A stretch of DNA of 64,000 bases from Phoronis australis (taxonomy: Eukaryota > Animalia > Phoronida). Both the position numbers and the translations under genes were made by a program. Numbering within the stretch: position 1 is the first letter of the stretch; the number at the start of each line of letters is the position of its first letter. The notes below the pieces were generated by a model. The model had not been told where the DNA came from. It saw only the letters and a program-made list of their open reading frames with translations, and ran no database searches. The stretch spans positions 124,001 to 188,000 of the forward strand of contig NMRA01000620.1 of assembly GCA_002633005.1 (NCBI GenBank), read 5' to 3'. This document shows, in pieces, positions 1 through 13,899 of this stretch.

Positions 1-256
1 CTCATTAACTTGGGAATGTTGTCTTTGCACTTCCTTCATGTATGTTTTCTAGATTCCAGTAGTATGAATTTTTGTTCTTCAAAACTGAATCGTTTGCTTA
101 CCATTCTTATGCATACTATGAAGACGGAGTACGTCATGACTGACGCACCCACGTTAAAAATAAGGTGCAACCATGCAGTAGGATCGCGCAAAATCTCTAC
201 GGAAACGGAATTTGAACTCCAGGCGTTGAAGGGTGTATATTTTGGGACACACTCTG
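1..256 (-). mobile_element. 5' end of a Tc1/mariner element (DUF4817/rosa-like) with transposase N-terminus, running off the window
   Basis: Minus-strand end reads TA|CAGAGTGTGTCCCAAAA (TA at 257-258), a mariner/rosa-type TIR start. ATG at 104 reads MVSKRFSFEEQKFILLESRKTYMKEVQRQ, resembling DUF4817 HTH N-termini (FSxEExKFIL...EVQR). Confidence 0.65.
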
Positions 257-1149
257 TATCATTTTTCCCAGCTACCCGACAGAGACTGGACTACCGGTGG
301 TGTTTCAACAAGGGGTTTTGAAACAGCCTCAAAGGCCCTATATCAGGGACCTCGAGACCACACCCAGTTTTCCAAAAATTCCTTCCCGAAACTAGATCAT
401 AATAAAACAACCATAGAGCCAATGCACAGGGATAGGGACGAGCTAAGCTGCCTGTCTCCAGTGAATAATAGCTGAGCTAAGCAGCGCTAAGAATTGGTTC
501 ATCTGAATTTTGACACTGTTATTTCTTAGTTACTTGAAGTAGCTCCCAGCTACCCGTCAGTGCGCTGACCCTGTAGGGTCATTTTTATTCTCAGTGAAAC
601 GTTAGTTCACGGTTTCTTAATTCCTGATAGTTGCATCTCTAGGATTGCCACCCCACCCCCATCCACCTATGGGGACGTGGGGGACTCCGTACAAATATGT
701 CGCCATCAGGAGATCAGGATAGGGGGGAAGGGCGCCAGGTGGAGGTTGTGGCGACAGAAAGAGGGGAGTAGTTTGACGAAGTCAGATTCATTCGTGACCC
801 CCCCCCCCCGGTCACAATTATTTTTGCATTCCTACGGGACTGTGGTGGTACATAGTACCTTCATCTCTTGGTGTCCGCCATCCACTCACAGTGTTGCATC
901 AGTCCGGCCCTGAAGGGTCTTATTGGGATTTGGTAAATACGTCACTAGGAAGCTGATGACCGACGACATGTTTCGTTCAGACTGATCGAATTACCTCTTT
1001 ACCTTCTATTCAGTTGTCAGTTATACTGTTCGCGTTTTTTATCTGGATCTTCTTCAATAGATGTTTAAAATTAAGCCGGGATAAAATGAAGCCTTCCCAT
1101 TCGCTGGTGGATCTGACGTACTTACTAATTTTCATAGCCATATTTACAT

Positions 1150-2100
1150 TTTTGCGTCCGCTTCTCCACCAAATTGCTCGAAGGATGTACATGTATTCCT
1201 GCCTAGCAGACGACGACTGTCGTCCTGCTGATTCACCATATGTGTTCTGGTCCCACAAGCCCAACAACGTTGGCGCCCCCGGGGGCGGGCAACCAAAGTT
1301 TGTTTTTCGTGTTCCCTGCCAGTGTCGGTATATTTCATTAACCTCTTGGGGGACCTTTGGGAAGATTGGGATGTACTGCTTTCCTATAAACTTGTTTACG
1401 GATGATGAAAACTTTCAGCCGGATCTCACGACCGCTGTATCCCATAACGGTAATTTAACTTCTTAGTGTGTTTACCTCTGTATCTTTAAAATTCCTTGGC
1501 AAATCTACATGAAATTTTACAAATGGGTTTCCGTAAAAGAGACGGCGATGTATGCTCATTTTCCTTGAAAGTGTAAAACATAAGTTCATCATTTAACATC
1601 AACTCGATACACAAGTAATGTGCGCAACTTCTTAACCTGTGCAAACCCGCTATATTCAGCACAAAAGATGCAAATGAGCCAGCCGACAAGTATTGCATGA
1701 AGTTGAGATATTACATACTATACTTTAAAAAAACTAAAGATAAGTTTTAAAGTTCTGTAATTCTGTGCTCAAGCATGTAATGATTTTCTTGGGAGATTTT
1801 CTAAAAATCCTAGTTTGCACTTGATGATTCCAACATTAAAGCTTGAAGTCACGTGTTGTTAATATTGATTCCGATAGACTACACTACACGCGCAGCTCAA
1901 CTCATAATTCATCATCAAGATGGCGGACCACTCCGCTCTTCGTAAACCACGTGACTTCAACTCTTCTATATTTATCTCATTGGGCAGCTCTCAATCATAG
2001 ATATCACATAGTATCTAAACAGATACCCAATACTTTGAAATTAGTTGTCTCGCGAGATATTTGTTAAGAAACTGTAGTGAACTCTAGCGATAGATATTGT
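1150..2100 (-). pseudogene. Heavily decayed LTR-retrotransposon gag-like sequence
   Basis: Broken zinc knuckle RCWACGTRTHMVNQ (CX2CX4H, last Cys lost) near 1230-1270 and a gag-like RAEWSAIL near 1915-1940; many stops and frameshifts. Confidence 0.3.
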
Positions 2101-3179
2101 AACTTTCTGGCTTTTTAAGTTCCCTTACCCTAAGGTAAAACGAATATGGTAGCGAGACATAGACCGGCAGCCCAGAGCACTTAGCATAGATGAACGAGGT
2201 ACCAACATCTGACCACGGGAGCATTTAGAGTCCACCTCAGTATGTACAGAAATGGACGTCTGCCGTTGTCTGCACTCTGGGTGTGACCCCTGGGGGCCTT
2301 ATAAAGGGCCCAGAAAATGAGCTAGACTAGATATTCGAGGTACCAGCCAAAACTGATTTAAAACGAACAATAGTACCGCACTGAACACCGAATGACCCAT
2401 GACAGACAAATTGCACTCTGGAATGGGTCCGGCAGAAACCAAAAAGGANNNNNNNNNNNNNNNNNNNNNNNNNNNNNNNNNNNNNNNNNNNNNNNNNNNN
2501 NNNNNNNNNNNNNNNNNNNAAAATCTCAACCACGGTGTGCCATTTTTGAGACAGTTAGATTTTCAAGGTATCGGCTTAAACTGATTTAAAACCAACAATC
2601 GTGCTGAACTGAAAACCAAATGACCCGTGAAAGACAAGACAAATTTTACTCTGGAAATAGTCGGCCAGAAGCCCATAAATGACCTTAAAAATTTAGCTAC
2701 AATTGTCCATGCAACTTCCCCGTGCTAGTTCAAGTACTCGGGTGGGAAACCTAATCAACTGGACAACAAGATGTTAAAAATTGCACCACGGAAATCGAAG
2801 TACACATATTCTCAATTGGTGACAATAGTGGTGTATTTAATAAGTTAACTGCAAAAATGGGAACGCAGGAAACAAAAACTAATTATAGAAAACTTTCGTT
2901 CACTAAAGCCATTGTTTACTCTCATGATCACAAGAAGCGAAAAGCAGACGGGTGTCAAGATATGAGACAGTTAACTCGCCTAGTGGTAAGTTTTTGAAGA
3001 AATTTTTACATGATGTCGAAATTCAGTGTTTTAGTTTCGCGGAGTCATTTGTCGATGGCCGATATAATGTCCTCCGTGATGAAATAAAAATCACCCCTAA
3101 TTTGGTGAGCAGCCACGTGGTGGAGTCCCAATGCTATTTAAATAAATATATAAACAACTACGTGTTTCGTTAACAAGGG

Positions 3180-3930
3180 GTCTCGCTGCAGCATTGCCTG
3201 GTCTGCATGCAATGACAGGGTGTGACGTCACAGCAGCACCGCATAGGAAAGGGAAAGTGAGGCCTCTGAAAATCCTGATGAAAGACTCATCTGGGACACT
3301 TATCAGCTTCTCAGAGTTAATTAGCGTAGATGTCCCAGACGAAAGAAAGTTAGAAGAATACATAACATGCCTCTTATTAGGGAGGAGTCAAAGATGTCAA
3401 TGAAGCGAGATATCTGAAATTAATCGAGATGACTGGAAAAATAAACAAGGTTATAACTGTAATTGATAAAATATAGTTCATAAAAGTAACGAAAATAGTT
3501 GCAAATGTTTTCGTAGTATTAAACCAAAAGGCCGAGTTTCACGTCATACTTAAGAAACAGTAAATTGTGGTGAGGTTTTATGTTTTTGTTCGTCAGATTT
3601 TGGACAATTGGGCACTCGTCAATAAAATGTTCCCACTATTTATTTCAGGAAAAGCCGATGTCCAACATCAAGAAGATTGACTGCGCATTGCTTCCTCCTT
3701 GCTGAAAGACATTATTGAACAACTTCAAACAAGCCCATTGTGTTTGCTTGCTCTGGGGTCAAGTGGATTCGGCCAGTCCGGCCGGGAAACGGTTTGCAGT
3801 GGATCCTCTTACCTACGGTTGGAATGTACAAGATGGATACTACACTCCCGAATGGTTTTGTGGATCTGCCGTTCTTGATGTCCTTTTTGAAGGTGTTGGT
3901 CTTTTACAAGAAAACCAAGCCGATCAATAG
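3180..3930 (+). pseudogene. Spliced C-terminal remnant of an Academ XPG-like (H3TH) nuclease/transposase
   Basis: ALPGLHAMTGCDVTAAPHRKGKVRPLKIL; frameshift to VNEARYLKL; GT..AG intron 3450-3648; then KIDCALLPPC*KTLLNNFKQAHCVCLLW...DPLTYGWNVQDGYYTPEW. Matches the HAxTGCD / LPP / PxxxGW..PxW motif series. Confidence 0.75.
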
Positions 3931-4519
3931 GTAGAGGAAATTGGGCTACGACGAAACAAGCGAGCCCTAATCAAGCTGGAGTAGCAGTGACGAATCTGAT
4001 ATTGAAACGTATTAAAACTAACAGGAAACTGCTGTTGACATTAAACATATACATGTAGTAGCTTGATGTTCTCGCCGATCTGTTACGATGATGTTTGAAA
4101 GTGTTGCTCTATTTCATGTAGTTAATTTTGATTAAAGAAGGTTTTTAAAAACACGTTTGTTACTTTTCTTTCAACGTATTGTTTAGTAGTCAATGAGATG
4201 AAATGGATCTTTGGAAATAAATTTCGTGGCTCCTCGGGCGCTAATATATGGGCCATATGTTGTAGCTGACGTATCCTTTCTGTTGGCAGTTTTGATAGCG
4301 TTTGATATTAAACACAATCTGCGTTCTTAAACTTCATTGAGTGGGTTGGTTTCAGACAGTTCCTGATATCCCAAAGTTTTACTGTTATCAGGTACTTTCC
4401 AAAATGCTTACACTCCGCCATCATCCATTTGACAATTACCAGTGTGAGAGCTCAGTAGACGCAAAAGTATAAACTCATCATCTAATATGTCGTATATTTT
4501 CAAAATTACTTACCGCCAG

Positions 4520-5710
4520 TTGAGATTTCTGGGTCTGACGAGCACAACCCACACTGGTTTTTAACTGTCATAGGGTATTTGGTAACCAGTAAGATCTACA
4601 CTGTATTTGAATCACATGGAATTATTATTTATTGTGGTACCCCGAATGATGACCTAGCTCCTTTTAGGTGTGATTGAGTTTCTGGCCACGCCTTTCAGAG
4701 CACAATTTTAGTGTTGTCTGTCATGGACCTGGTGCGGCACGATTCATGATTGGTTTTAAATCAGTTTTAGCCGGTACATCGGGTATCTAATGTACCTCAA
4801 AGTTTCGATAGCAGATACTGTGGATGAGATTTTTGAGGGTTTCTGCCAGGCACCGAATCCAGAATGTATTTTGTCTGTCATAGGGCATTTAGTGACCTTT
4901 GACATGTATTGAACCTCATGGAATTGATTTTGTGTGGTACCTCGAATGTATGTGCTGGCTCGTTTTTTTTGGGGGGGGTTTGGTTTCTGCCGGACCCATT
5001 CCAGAGTTCAATTTGTCTGCCATGGGTCACTTAGTGATCAGTGCGGTACTAGTGCTCGTTTAAAACCAGTTTTGGCCGGTACCTCGAAAACCTAGTCTAG
5101 CTCACATTTTTAATGGCATACCATGGTTGAGATTTTTGGGGGTTTCTGCCGGGCACAATCCAGAGTGTAATTTGTCTGCCATAAGGCATTTAGTGATCTG
5201 TGACATGTATTGAATCATATCGAATTGGTTTTGTGTGGTACCTCGAATGTATGTGCTAGCTCATTTTTGGGGGGTCCTTTTTGGTTTCTGCCGGACCCAT
5301 TCCAGAGTGCAATTTGTCTGTCATGGGTCATTTGGTGTTCAGTGCGGTACTTTTGTTCGTTTAAATTCAGTTTTGGCCGGTACCTCGAAAATCTAGTCTA
5401 GCTCACATTTTTAATGGCATACCGTGGTTGAGATTTTTGGGGGTTTCTGCCGGGCACAATCCAGAGTGTAATTTGTCTGTCATAAGGCATTTAGTGATCT
5501 GTGACATATATTGAATCATATGGAATTGGTTTTGTGTGGCCCCTCGAATGTATGTGCTAGCTCATTTTGGGGGGGTCCTTTTTGGTTTCTGCCGGACCCA
5601 TTCCAGAGTGCAATTTTTCTGTCATGGGTCATTCGGTGTTCAGTGCGGTGCTATTGTTCGTTTTAAATCAGTTTTGGCTGGTACCTCGAATATCTAGTCT
5701 AGCTCATTTT
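4520..5710. repeat. Subterminal tandem array, ~300-bp unit (dimer of ~150-bp halves), about 4 copies; inverted counterpart at ~2320-2760
   Basis: Anchor GTGGTACC(T/C)CGAATG recurs (with minor variants) at ~4634, 4934, 5235 and 5536. Copies diverge towards the element interior. The left arm contains a 71-N gap (2449-2519). Confidence 0.85.
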
Positions 5711-8700
5711 CTGGGCCCATTGTAAGGTCCCCAGGGGTCACACCCAGAGTGCAGACAACGGCAGACGTCCATTTCTGTACATACTGAGGTGGACTCTAAA
5801 TGCTCCCGTGGTCAGATGTTGGTACCTCGTTCATCTATGCTAAGTGCTCTGGGCTGCCGGTCTAACAGGCTGGGCTCATACTCAATGTCACTGAGGAAGA
5901 AAATGTGAAGTACATCATTAGTTTGAGCTTTGAACATGAAAACCAGTTGGTTGACTTGTTAAGGTAATTTATCCAAACTACCACATTAATTTCTAAGTGA
6001 CAAAATACATCCCACGTCTCTGTAACGTCAACTGGACTAATGGTGCGTCTTCAATAATTTGTAATAAAAATAGAAATTTCACTATGAAGGTAGGAAATCG
6101 CGTACATTTACCAGAAATTCAATTATATGTTCTCGCCTCGCAATTTATTTTATGCTTGCACGATAATCTCTTGGCCACTGGTTTACAATCCCGGAGTTAC
6201 TTAATCCGCTCTCCATGTTTTGCCGCCAGGGAAATTCTAATTGTTTGGACTTCAGATGTATACTTGAAATAGCATCCTATCTAATATTTTTGTAATATTT
6301 TGTAGTAAGCTAAGATGTATTCATGCGAGTCTTTACACCGACTTTCGACCAAACTCCAGCCGTGAAGTATTTCTAACAACATAAGACTAGATAACCAAAA
6401 TTACATTGATGTATATAAAGATGACAAAATTTGAAGACTCCTCCCCAGGCAGGAGTAAAATAAGATAAGAATTAAGTGTGCTAGTTGGTTTTTACTTTAT
6501 TTGCTTGCCTCCAATTTAATACATTATAAAGGAATTATGACACAAGTCCGACCTATTTGCAAAATATTGTCAACTAAACATAAGATGTGCAATAAAATTA
6601 AGCTTGTTTCTCTGAGCACGCATTTTAAAAAAGTGCGTAGTCATATGCTGCAACAATGACAAATTAAAGGTCCCCAAAATCTCAGAGCAGCGAGGGTAGA
6701 TGGAGAAGAAACACGCAGAGTTTTGAAATCATTAATTGTATATTTTATTCTACTGTTATTTTTAAAATAGTGTTCTTTCATCGTAGGAGGAACAGTCATA
6801 AAACATTTTTTCAAATCACAAGAATTTCATAGTGGCTTTCCACCAGGAGCGGCTAAATATTCACTGCTGGGATTTCATCTTGCTTAGTCAAAGTTCACCA
6901 AAATATGAATGTCTTAGAGAATTGTTTCAGATGACAAAAATCAACTTGTGATTTTACCGAAATTCTGCTTGTACCAAACTTCATTGAACCATAATAAAAT
7001 TGTTGCAATATAAGTCTACGGATCAGTCAATTTTTGTAAATAAATTAACACGTAAATAACTACACGAGCAGGTTATCAGCAATAACCGTGACAAATTGGA
7101 CCCATCACTTAGCAACACACTGTTAGAGCTAATTGCACACGCAGTGCAGACTTTTCAAATTGGTAATTAGTTAGATCATGGAATTTGCGCAGACAATTCC
7201 CAAAGGAACCAGTACAGCTACAGTTAATTGATCGGGTTTCACGGAGAGGAGGCAAGTAGACGAAGCCGACCACGAGAGTTTGGGCCGCTTCCCCCGCCAA
7301 TCAGTTTTCAGAATCTGCTGTGATTTATTCCAGTGGTAATTTGCCGCTGTTTCTGCTTTAACTTACACTCTAAAAATCGCTGAAATCCTGATCCACCGTA
7401 GTCTGTACGTGCACGTTGAGCACCTTAATCGTTAGACACGTACTCTAAATGTAAAAACAGGCATCAAAATATGAATTTGACAGTCTGATCGACACAGCGA
7501 GTTTGTTTCGTACAAGCAACTCTTTCTTTACCAATAATGCTTCTTAATAAAGAAATACTATACTCGAAATTCTTTGGGAAAAGGAGCGATATTTTGACCA
7601 ATCAGATTATTGCTTTTGAGAAATTCACAAGCAGTGTCAAAAGTTTCTATTTTTCGATTCCGGTCAAAAGTGCTGTTTCTTCAATAGTCTCACCCTTTTT
7701 ATTGTTTGGGCCGCATGTCCTGATGCTGCTGCGCTTCGCATGGGCTTGTTCTTGCGGTTTTCATGATCAATTCGAAATTTCTACTTGCCCTTATGAATGA
7801 CTGGCAGTGCTGAACTGACACGGTACAAATGTGTAATCGTCCCCAGGCCGACTCTCCAAGAAAGGATTCACTCAGTGACCGTCAGAAAGTCCGGTTGCTC
7901 AAATACTCTTATACGAAAAGCATATAATTTAAAATACTGAGAAAGAGTGATTCCCTCGTCGGGCAGTTACCATCCTTGACATAACAGATTACACCATTTT
8001 CCTAAAATAGGGAAAGAAACGTTTTATTGATTCCATCTTTAGGGAATCTTTCGTTAAAGAATAGAAACAATAAAACAGAAAAAAGTTAGGGATGGAGACC
8101 ATTCATCAGGCCAGCTCCAAAAGCTACTATTGTATTTATATGACCATCTACAATCCCTAAAATGGAAAAGAGTGTAACATTAATTGTCGTGTTGGATCGT
8201 CCGGAGTAGACACCTGGTCAACTCTGGACGATCAGAAAAGAAAACGTCTGCGCTCGATTATCTTTTTTATTGTACTTAAATCTGACATTCAGACACGAGC
8301 AAGCTGTCGTTTGATTTCACTTTTTGCCTTTTTGTGTGTGGAAAAAAGTGGAATGACAGACGACTTTGTTATCCCCTGCCTATGAGGGGTACCTGAGAGA
8401 AATAAAATTTTGCATTCCCTAAAACTTTTTTCTTCAGCTTAAAAATCTGAATCAGCTTCCACTTCAAAATCTGTGCATAGCAAATGTATCGGACTTTGAA
8501 TTGTGTATGACTGAGAGCGCGTTTTCATGTGAGCACGGCATTTTTTAAATCTGGCCAAGGGGCCTCAAGGTAAATCTAGCACTGGTTGGTGGCCAATCGG
8601 CTTTAAATTTTCTTTCTCCTTGTATATCACTTGATAAAAAATGAGATAGCATCACTGCTACTCATTCCCTGTTTTTTTAGAAATGATCGACCCTTTAGGT

Positions 8701-11700
8701 GCCCAGCGCTTGGAGGGGGTCCGTTGATAACATCCATGCGGTCAGTACGCTTTTTGCGTTTTTATCAATAACTTTTTTAGATGGCACTTATGGAGAGAGG
8801 GGATCTATTGCTTCTATTTTCTTGTTTTCGTGAAAGTGCATAGTTAATGATATTTAGCCTTTCATAGTAAGACGTACATATACCCTATCAGACAGGTCCT
8901 ATCTCGGACGGGCAGCCCGCAAAAGTTGATCCTTTCCTCCTCAATCTGCCACCAAAGTCCATTATATATGACGAGAAGAGGAAAAAATTCCAAATTCTTC
9001 AAAACAACGAATTCGTGCAAAGCATAGTACTACCAAGACATTCGGCCCCTATAGGATTGTATAGAAAACACAATGGGATAGACCGCCATTTAAAGTGGAA
9101 GTTTGAAGAAGTCACCGAACACTATCTGTGAATTAGACGAAAGGAATGTTTTCAGTTTCATCAGTCGAAAGACATCGCTAACTGATGTAACTTTCAGCCT
9201 TGTTTATGATTGCCTTATTTTTATCATTAATTTTTTAAAGAGTTCGAGGTCAGCGGAAACCTCATTTGATATGGCTGCAGTTGAGTGAGTACGCATAATA
9301 CATGAGTCAGCTGTCACTAAATACGGCAGCGATTTTTGGTGGTGATGTACCGTCTAACACATAAAATTTAAAACAAAATAATTTTATTCAGCTAAGTGAC
9401 CAAACACATTGTAATTGTACTGAATGGGCATTATTTGTGCTCAATCTTGGACTATGTGCATTAAAATCCAAGCGGAAACCGCATCTTTAAGCGATCTGGG
9501 CCTAAAAATAGTATCTTCATTTCAACTGCCGTAGGCTCATTATAGGATTTTTGTTATCTTAATTGGACTTTCCAAACCAAAATCTTTATTATTATCGTGT
9601 GACATTCCAGTTCACAGATTTTGAACGGTGTGATCAATAGGGTGGCAGGCTGTCCTTCGTAAAGCGCTGTAGCAACGCCGATCCGATGCGTTTGAGTCAA
9701 GGAAACGATTATTGAAAGCAAAACAAAGGTATCGATAACACGACCATCAAACATTCTGCTGAAAAGCCACAAGTTTTGTATAAGTTTGTTTGGCAACTCA
9801 CTGACTAAGCAGCGGACACCGGTTATATAGAAACAAATCGCGGGCGAACGAGTCTTCGGGCAGCGACTGATCTTAATGTTCTTGTAGCAAAGTATCGCCA
9901 GTTTAAGGGGCAATGGACCCGTGTTCCGTCAAAAAGGTAGCTTTTGGTTAAGATCACTCTTAGCTTTAATATTTGTATCAACGTCTTCCTCACTCAGAGG
10001 AGAAATGGTTTTCGGTCGTGCAAACAACGGGTAGTACGTTATTTCTCGAGACTATGTTCGGCGAATAAAATTTCATTTGGTGACTAGCCGACTTGTAGAG
10101 CCCACTTTGAATCAATAACGAAATGTTAGTTCCTTCCAAGCCTAGAGAGCGCACGTATTTATGGCTAAGGAATAATTTGAGTCCAATTTCATAAAGGTTA
10201 GTGGTGTACATTAAAATCTGTTTGTTGCGAAAACTGGACTGTTTTAACCAACACATTTAAGAGGCCTACATACAATTATGAAACGGGCTTCTGATAATTT
10301 TGAACTGATTTTCTTCCAAAAATCGTCCAAATTTTGGGTCAGATGAAAACGTTCTTTTAGATAGCTACATGTATTATAACTTAGGTAAATACTATTATTC
10401 GCAGACTGTTTAAGAAGCCGGCGCAATGGTAGTGTGAAGGGATTGGAACTACTTTATTTTTCAAATCATTGACAAATTCTTTAAGCGCACGTGTACATGG
10501 TACGAGCTATATTAGACGTATTCAAGCTTAGTACGTGCTAAATCTCAATTGACGATTTTCAGACCTCTCCATTTGTGAAGTTTTCTGCCCTTTAATGCAT
10601 CTAGTTTTCTTCAGCCCTTGGGTAGATTTGCAAAAACTTGCACTCTTATTCTGTCGTAGGTTTTTATTTGCCATCAAACATCTCAGATCTTCGTAAGTAC
10701 TTGGAAATTGTTTTAAGGGAGATTTTGATGGCTGACATGTCGGTCATTTGAGGGAAATCGAATGGTTTTAGAAGTCATTCAATGTGAAACTGACTAAGAG
10801 TGAGAGTCAGACAGTTATTTCGTATGTCGTACGAACCGTAAAGTTTCGATTTACCAACAAAGTTATCATCAAGATAAGTTCACCACTAGTTTCAAGTATG
10901 TACGCGAATTTCGATTTCCAATAGTTTTATTCTTCTTTTGATGTAACCTACAAAGAAGTTTTATAAAAACGTCATAGAATAGTCATTTTTAACACTTGCT
11001 CACCTACTCAAACTTACACCAAGAGTGTCTTAGGCCGGAGCAAACCAATTCACCAGCAAAAAAGGTCACTCTTCTTTGGTTAGACAGTGCGCGTACGTGT
11101 TGTGTGCTGGGTGTTGCAGAGAATTTTCTTTTGACCTTTGTTATTGCAGTGTATCAGTATTCTAGTTTTTGTTTGTTTCTGTGAAGTTAATCGAATCTTT
11201 ACTTCGCACTGTGGTTTCCTAATTCTGACTTTCGTCATTCGGCTGCCACTAACGGCAATTTGTGAAGGCTAGTCCGCGGTTGTGATCGGAGTGTTTCGGA
11301 AGACCGTAGGACGAAACAAGTGGTAAAGTCTGCTTGAGAGTTGTATGTTTTGTGTGATCTTTAATTTTTTGGTTATCATTGTACCATAATTGGGAGCAAA
11401 GCAAAGTTGCCAAGAGCTGGAACAGTTGATAAACTCTTATGGAAGATGGGTTACAAGCGCGCAGGCAGTCACGTCGCCTGGGACGCAAACAAAGAAGTGA
11501 AAGCGCTCGGAGGAGCGACAAAAGGGGAAATTGAGTGAAAAGATGATCACACACATGGAGATGATACGGCTGAAATACAGGATCATTGCATTTCCCTTCT
11601 AAGAAAAACCGGTGCGACCCAAAATAGTACTTGTCGTTACGCCACGGCTAAGTGAAACTGCTAGAATGGCTTGATGGCCCGGGGGTCACTCGCTACACGG

Positions 11701-12114
11701 CAAGTGCCGGTGCTGCTGACAACCAGTAGGCCGCGTCCAAGTCAAACAACTGTAGGTGTATAAAAAGTGTAGCTGGCTAAGACAATTTCCAAGACAACGT
11801 TGATATTGAGAATGATCAAGACATGATAATACGCACTCCACTAGATCTCAGTTACATTTCAAAGTACTTTTTATAGATTAAATGTATTATTCAAAAGTAA
11901 TGAGAACCAATGATATTAATGGAAAATTACCGAACACGAAAAACATTAAGTTTAGTCGAGTACGACAAAAACGTAAGAATTGATTTGAGTGTTGCTAGGA
12001 AAGGAGCATGCAGTATCATGGCCTGTACGCAATAAACTGAGGACATATCATACCGTGGCAGTCGACACAAGACAGCCCTGGTGGACGACACGCGATATTG
12101 AATGATAAATGGCA

Positions 12115-12178
12115 ATGGAGATGATTATGGTGACAATAATGATGATAATAATGATGGCAATGATGACAATGCTGATAC
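12115..12178. repeat. Degenerate (GAT/AAT)n low-complexity tract
   Basis: GATGATTATGGTGACAATAATGATGATAATAATGATGGCAATGATGACAATGCTGAT. Confidence 0.6.
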
Positions 12179-12739
12179 ATAGTCTCATTATGATAAAAAT
12201 CATATGTGAATGAAGATATCAGAAATGAGTAAGAAATACCGTGTATAACCTTTTCAATAGAAGGTAAACCAGCAAAAGTACATCAAAATCAGAAAATCCC
12301 AAATAATTCGAAAAAGAGACTTTCTAGTGAAAAATAGAAAACATCGTCTGAAAACCAGTTCAAAACACTCTATAACAAAGTATTTTCACAAAATTCTCGA
12401 AAAATTACAAATTTTGCATTTTTTAAATTGAATGCCAAAAAAGATAACAATGATGGAAAAAATGCATTTGAAAGAGTATACCTTAAAAATCCACGTGCTA
12501 AAATTTACGTCATTTGCTCTTCCTGTTCAAAATAAAACCCCTGCACGATTGAAAAATGATGAAAATGCGCCAGATTCGCAACTTTGAAAACAACTTCCGG
12601 TTGAGTAGCACTTGACGGCTAGTCTCGGGAAACGTGTGAACAATTTAGAAGCAAAGCCGTCTCGGAGTACACGGCGATATAACTCTCCTTTGTTCCAGAC
12701 ATTAGATAGAAAAAGTGTGACCTCGTATTGGAAATCAGG

Positions 12740-12889
12740 CACATTTTTGTCTTTCAGTGATGTCGGGAAGACGAAGAAATTCAGATCATGCACTCCATAT
12801 GGGTATTTATTCAATTTATCAAACTTTCTCACGCCGGTGTTGCAGCCCACAGCACAGCAGTAGCCTAATACACTGTATTTCGTTGGCAT
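12740..12889 (-). pseudogene. Truncated THAP zinc-finger N-terminus, probably a transposon remnant
   Basis: MPTKYSVLGYCCAVGCNTG...LNFFVFPTSLKDK fits the THAP start (CxxxxC...FPxD). The conserved W and CxxH half is missing. Confidence 0.45.
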
Positions 12890-13899
12890 TACAGGGTTGG
12901 ATAGAGTTAAGCAAGAAAAAAATATAAAGACTCAGACAACAACAAATAACATGTGAAACTCCAGTGGCCCCAAAGAGGCAGCAAATGTGTCTTACGAATG
13001 TTTACAGCATAGTGTTAATCCGGGACACCATGTACCCTCTACCGGATATAACGTTTTAGTACGAAAATCTATGTACTTAAGCGCTGTGGCCAATATTTCC
13101 GCCACCTTTGACCAAAAAGTCAATGATTGACGGCACCTGTGTAGTATACGTCTGCTATAATAATCGCACATATTTCCAGATGCTTACGTCAAAAATTGTG
13201 ACCTCTATGAGTATTTGAATCTGAATTTGAAAACTAAACGGCCGCCACGTCCGCATTCCCTCATGGTATTTCACGCCAATGACATCAACTCACAATTGAA
13301 CGAATCATTGTGGCGGGCTGAACTTTTAGCTTAGTTGGCATTGTAATCATCATTAGTGTAACCCAAAGGAAAGTCACAATCTCCTGGCACCATGACGCGT
13401 GGATAAAAAAGTGAAACAATACGTCTTGACAGGGATACTTGTCTACTTTATTATGGAATGGCTAATCCTGGTAACAGTATGTTTGTGCCAATACTGGCTG
13501 CGAGTCATATTTCATAGAACAGTTTTGTACAACTTATGTCATCCACATTTATACTAAAACACCTGTGCTATATGGAAAATACAGTTAAATGGAAAACAAC
13601 ATTAAATGAACATGCCAATACAGATGAAAATACATTACGGCAATAATACACCTTTTCTCCTGTGATAATGCTCCATCTTCTAGATGTGACAATGTGTAAA
13701 AGTTACATACACTGCAGTTACGTAATATTACGCATGTGATTATTTTGTTTCCAAACATCTACATTGGAATCTCAACTGAAATCACTATATTTTACTTCAT
13801 GACAGTGCTTATCAAGTTGTTGTAATACAAAATAGAATTGTCTACAGGTAGTTGGTTATTACCAAAGAGCTGATGCCGAGAAAAAGTCATGGTGCTTAA

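Larger units (their letters stand above)
2160..5864 (+). mobile_element. AcademX-like DNA transposon, internally deleted and non-autonomous
   Basis: Near-perfect inverted repeats 2160-2448 vs ~5576-5864. Starts TAGACCGGCAGCCCAGAGC, ends GCTCTGGGCTGCCGGTCTA, with ACA on both flanks (2157-2159, 5865-5867). Internal XPG/H3TH-like remnant. Confidence 0.8.

Noticed and set aside
1014-1466. 150-aa + strand ORF with hydrophobic stretches
   Set aside because: Non-ATG start and no recognisable domain; it overlaps gag-like debris on the opposite strand.
4520-5710. Regular repeats as a possible CRISPR array
   Set aside because: Contiguous ~300-bp units with no unique spacers and no cas genes; they are transposon subterminal repeats.
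7109-7300. GSFGNCL peptide reminiscent of an OTU GDGNCL motif
   Set aside because: Only a few residues match and no further motifs were seen.
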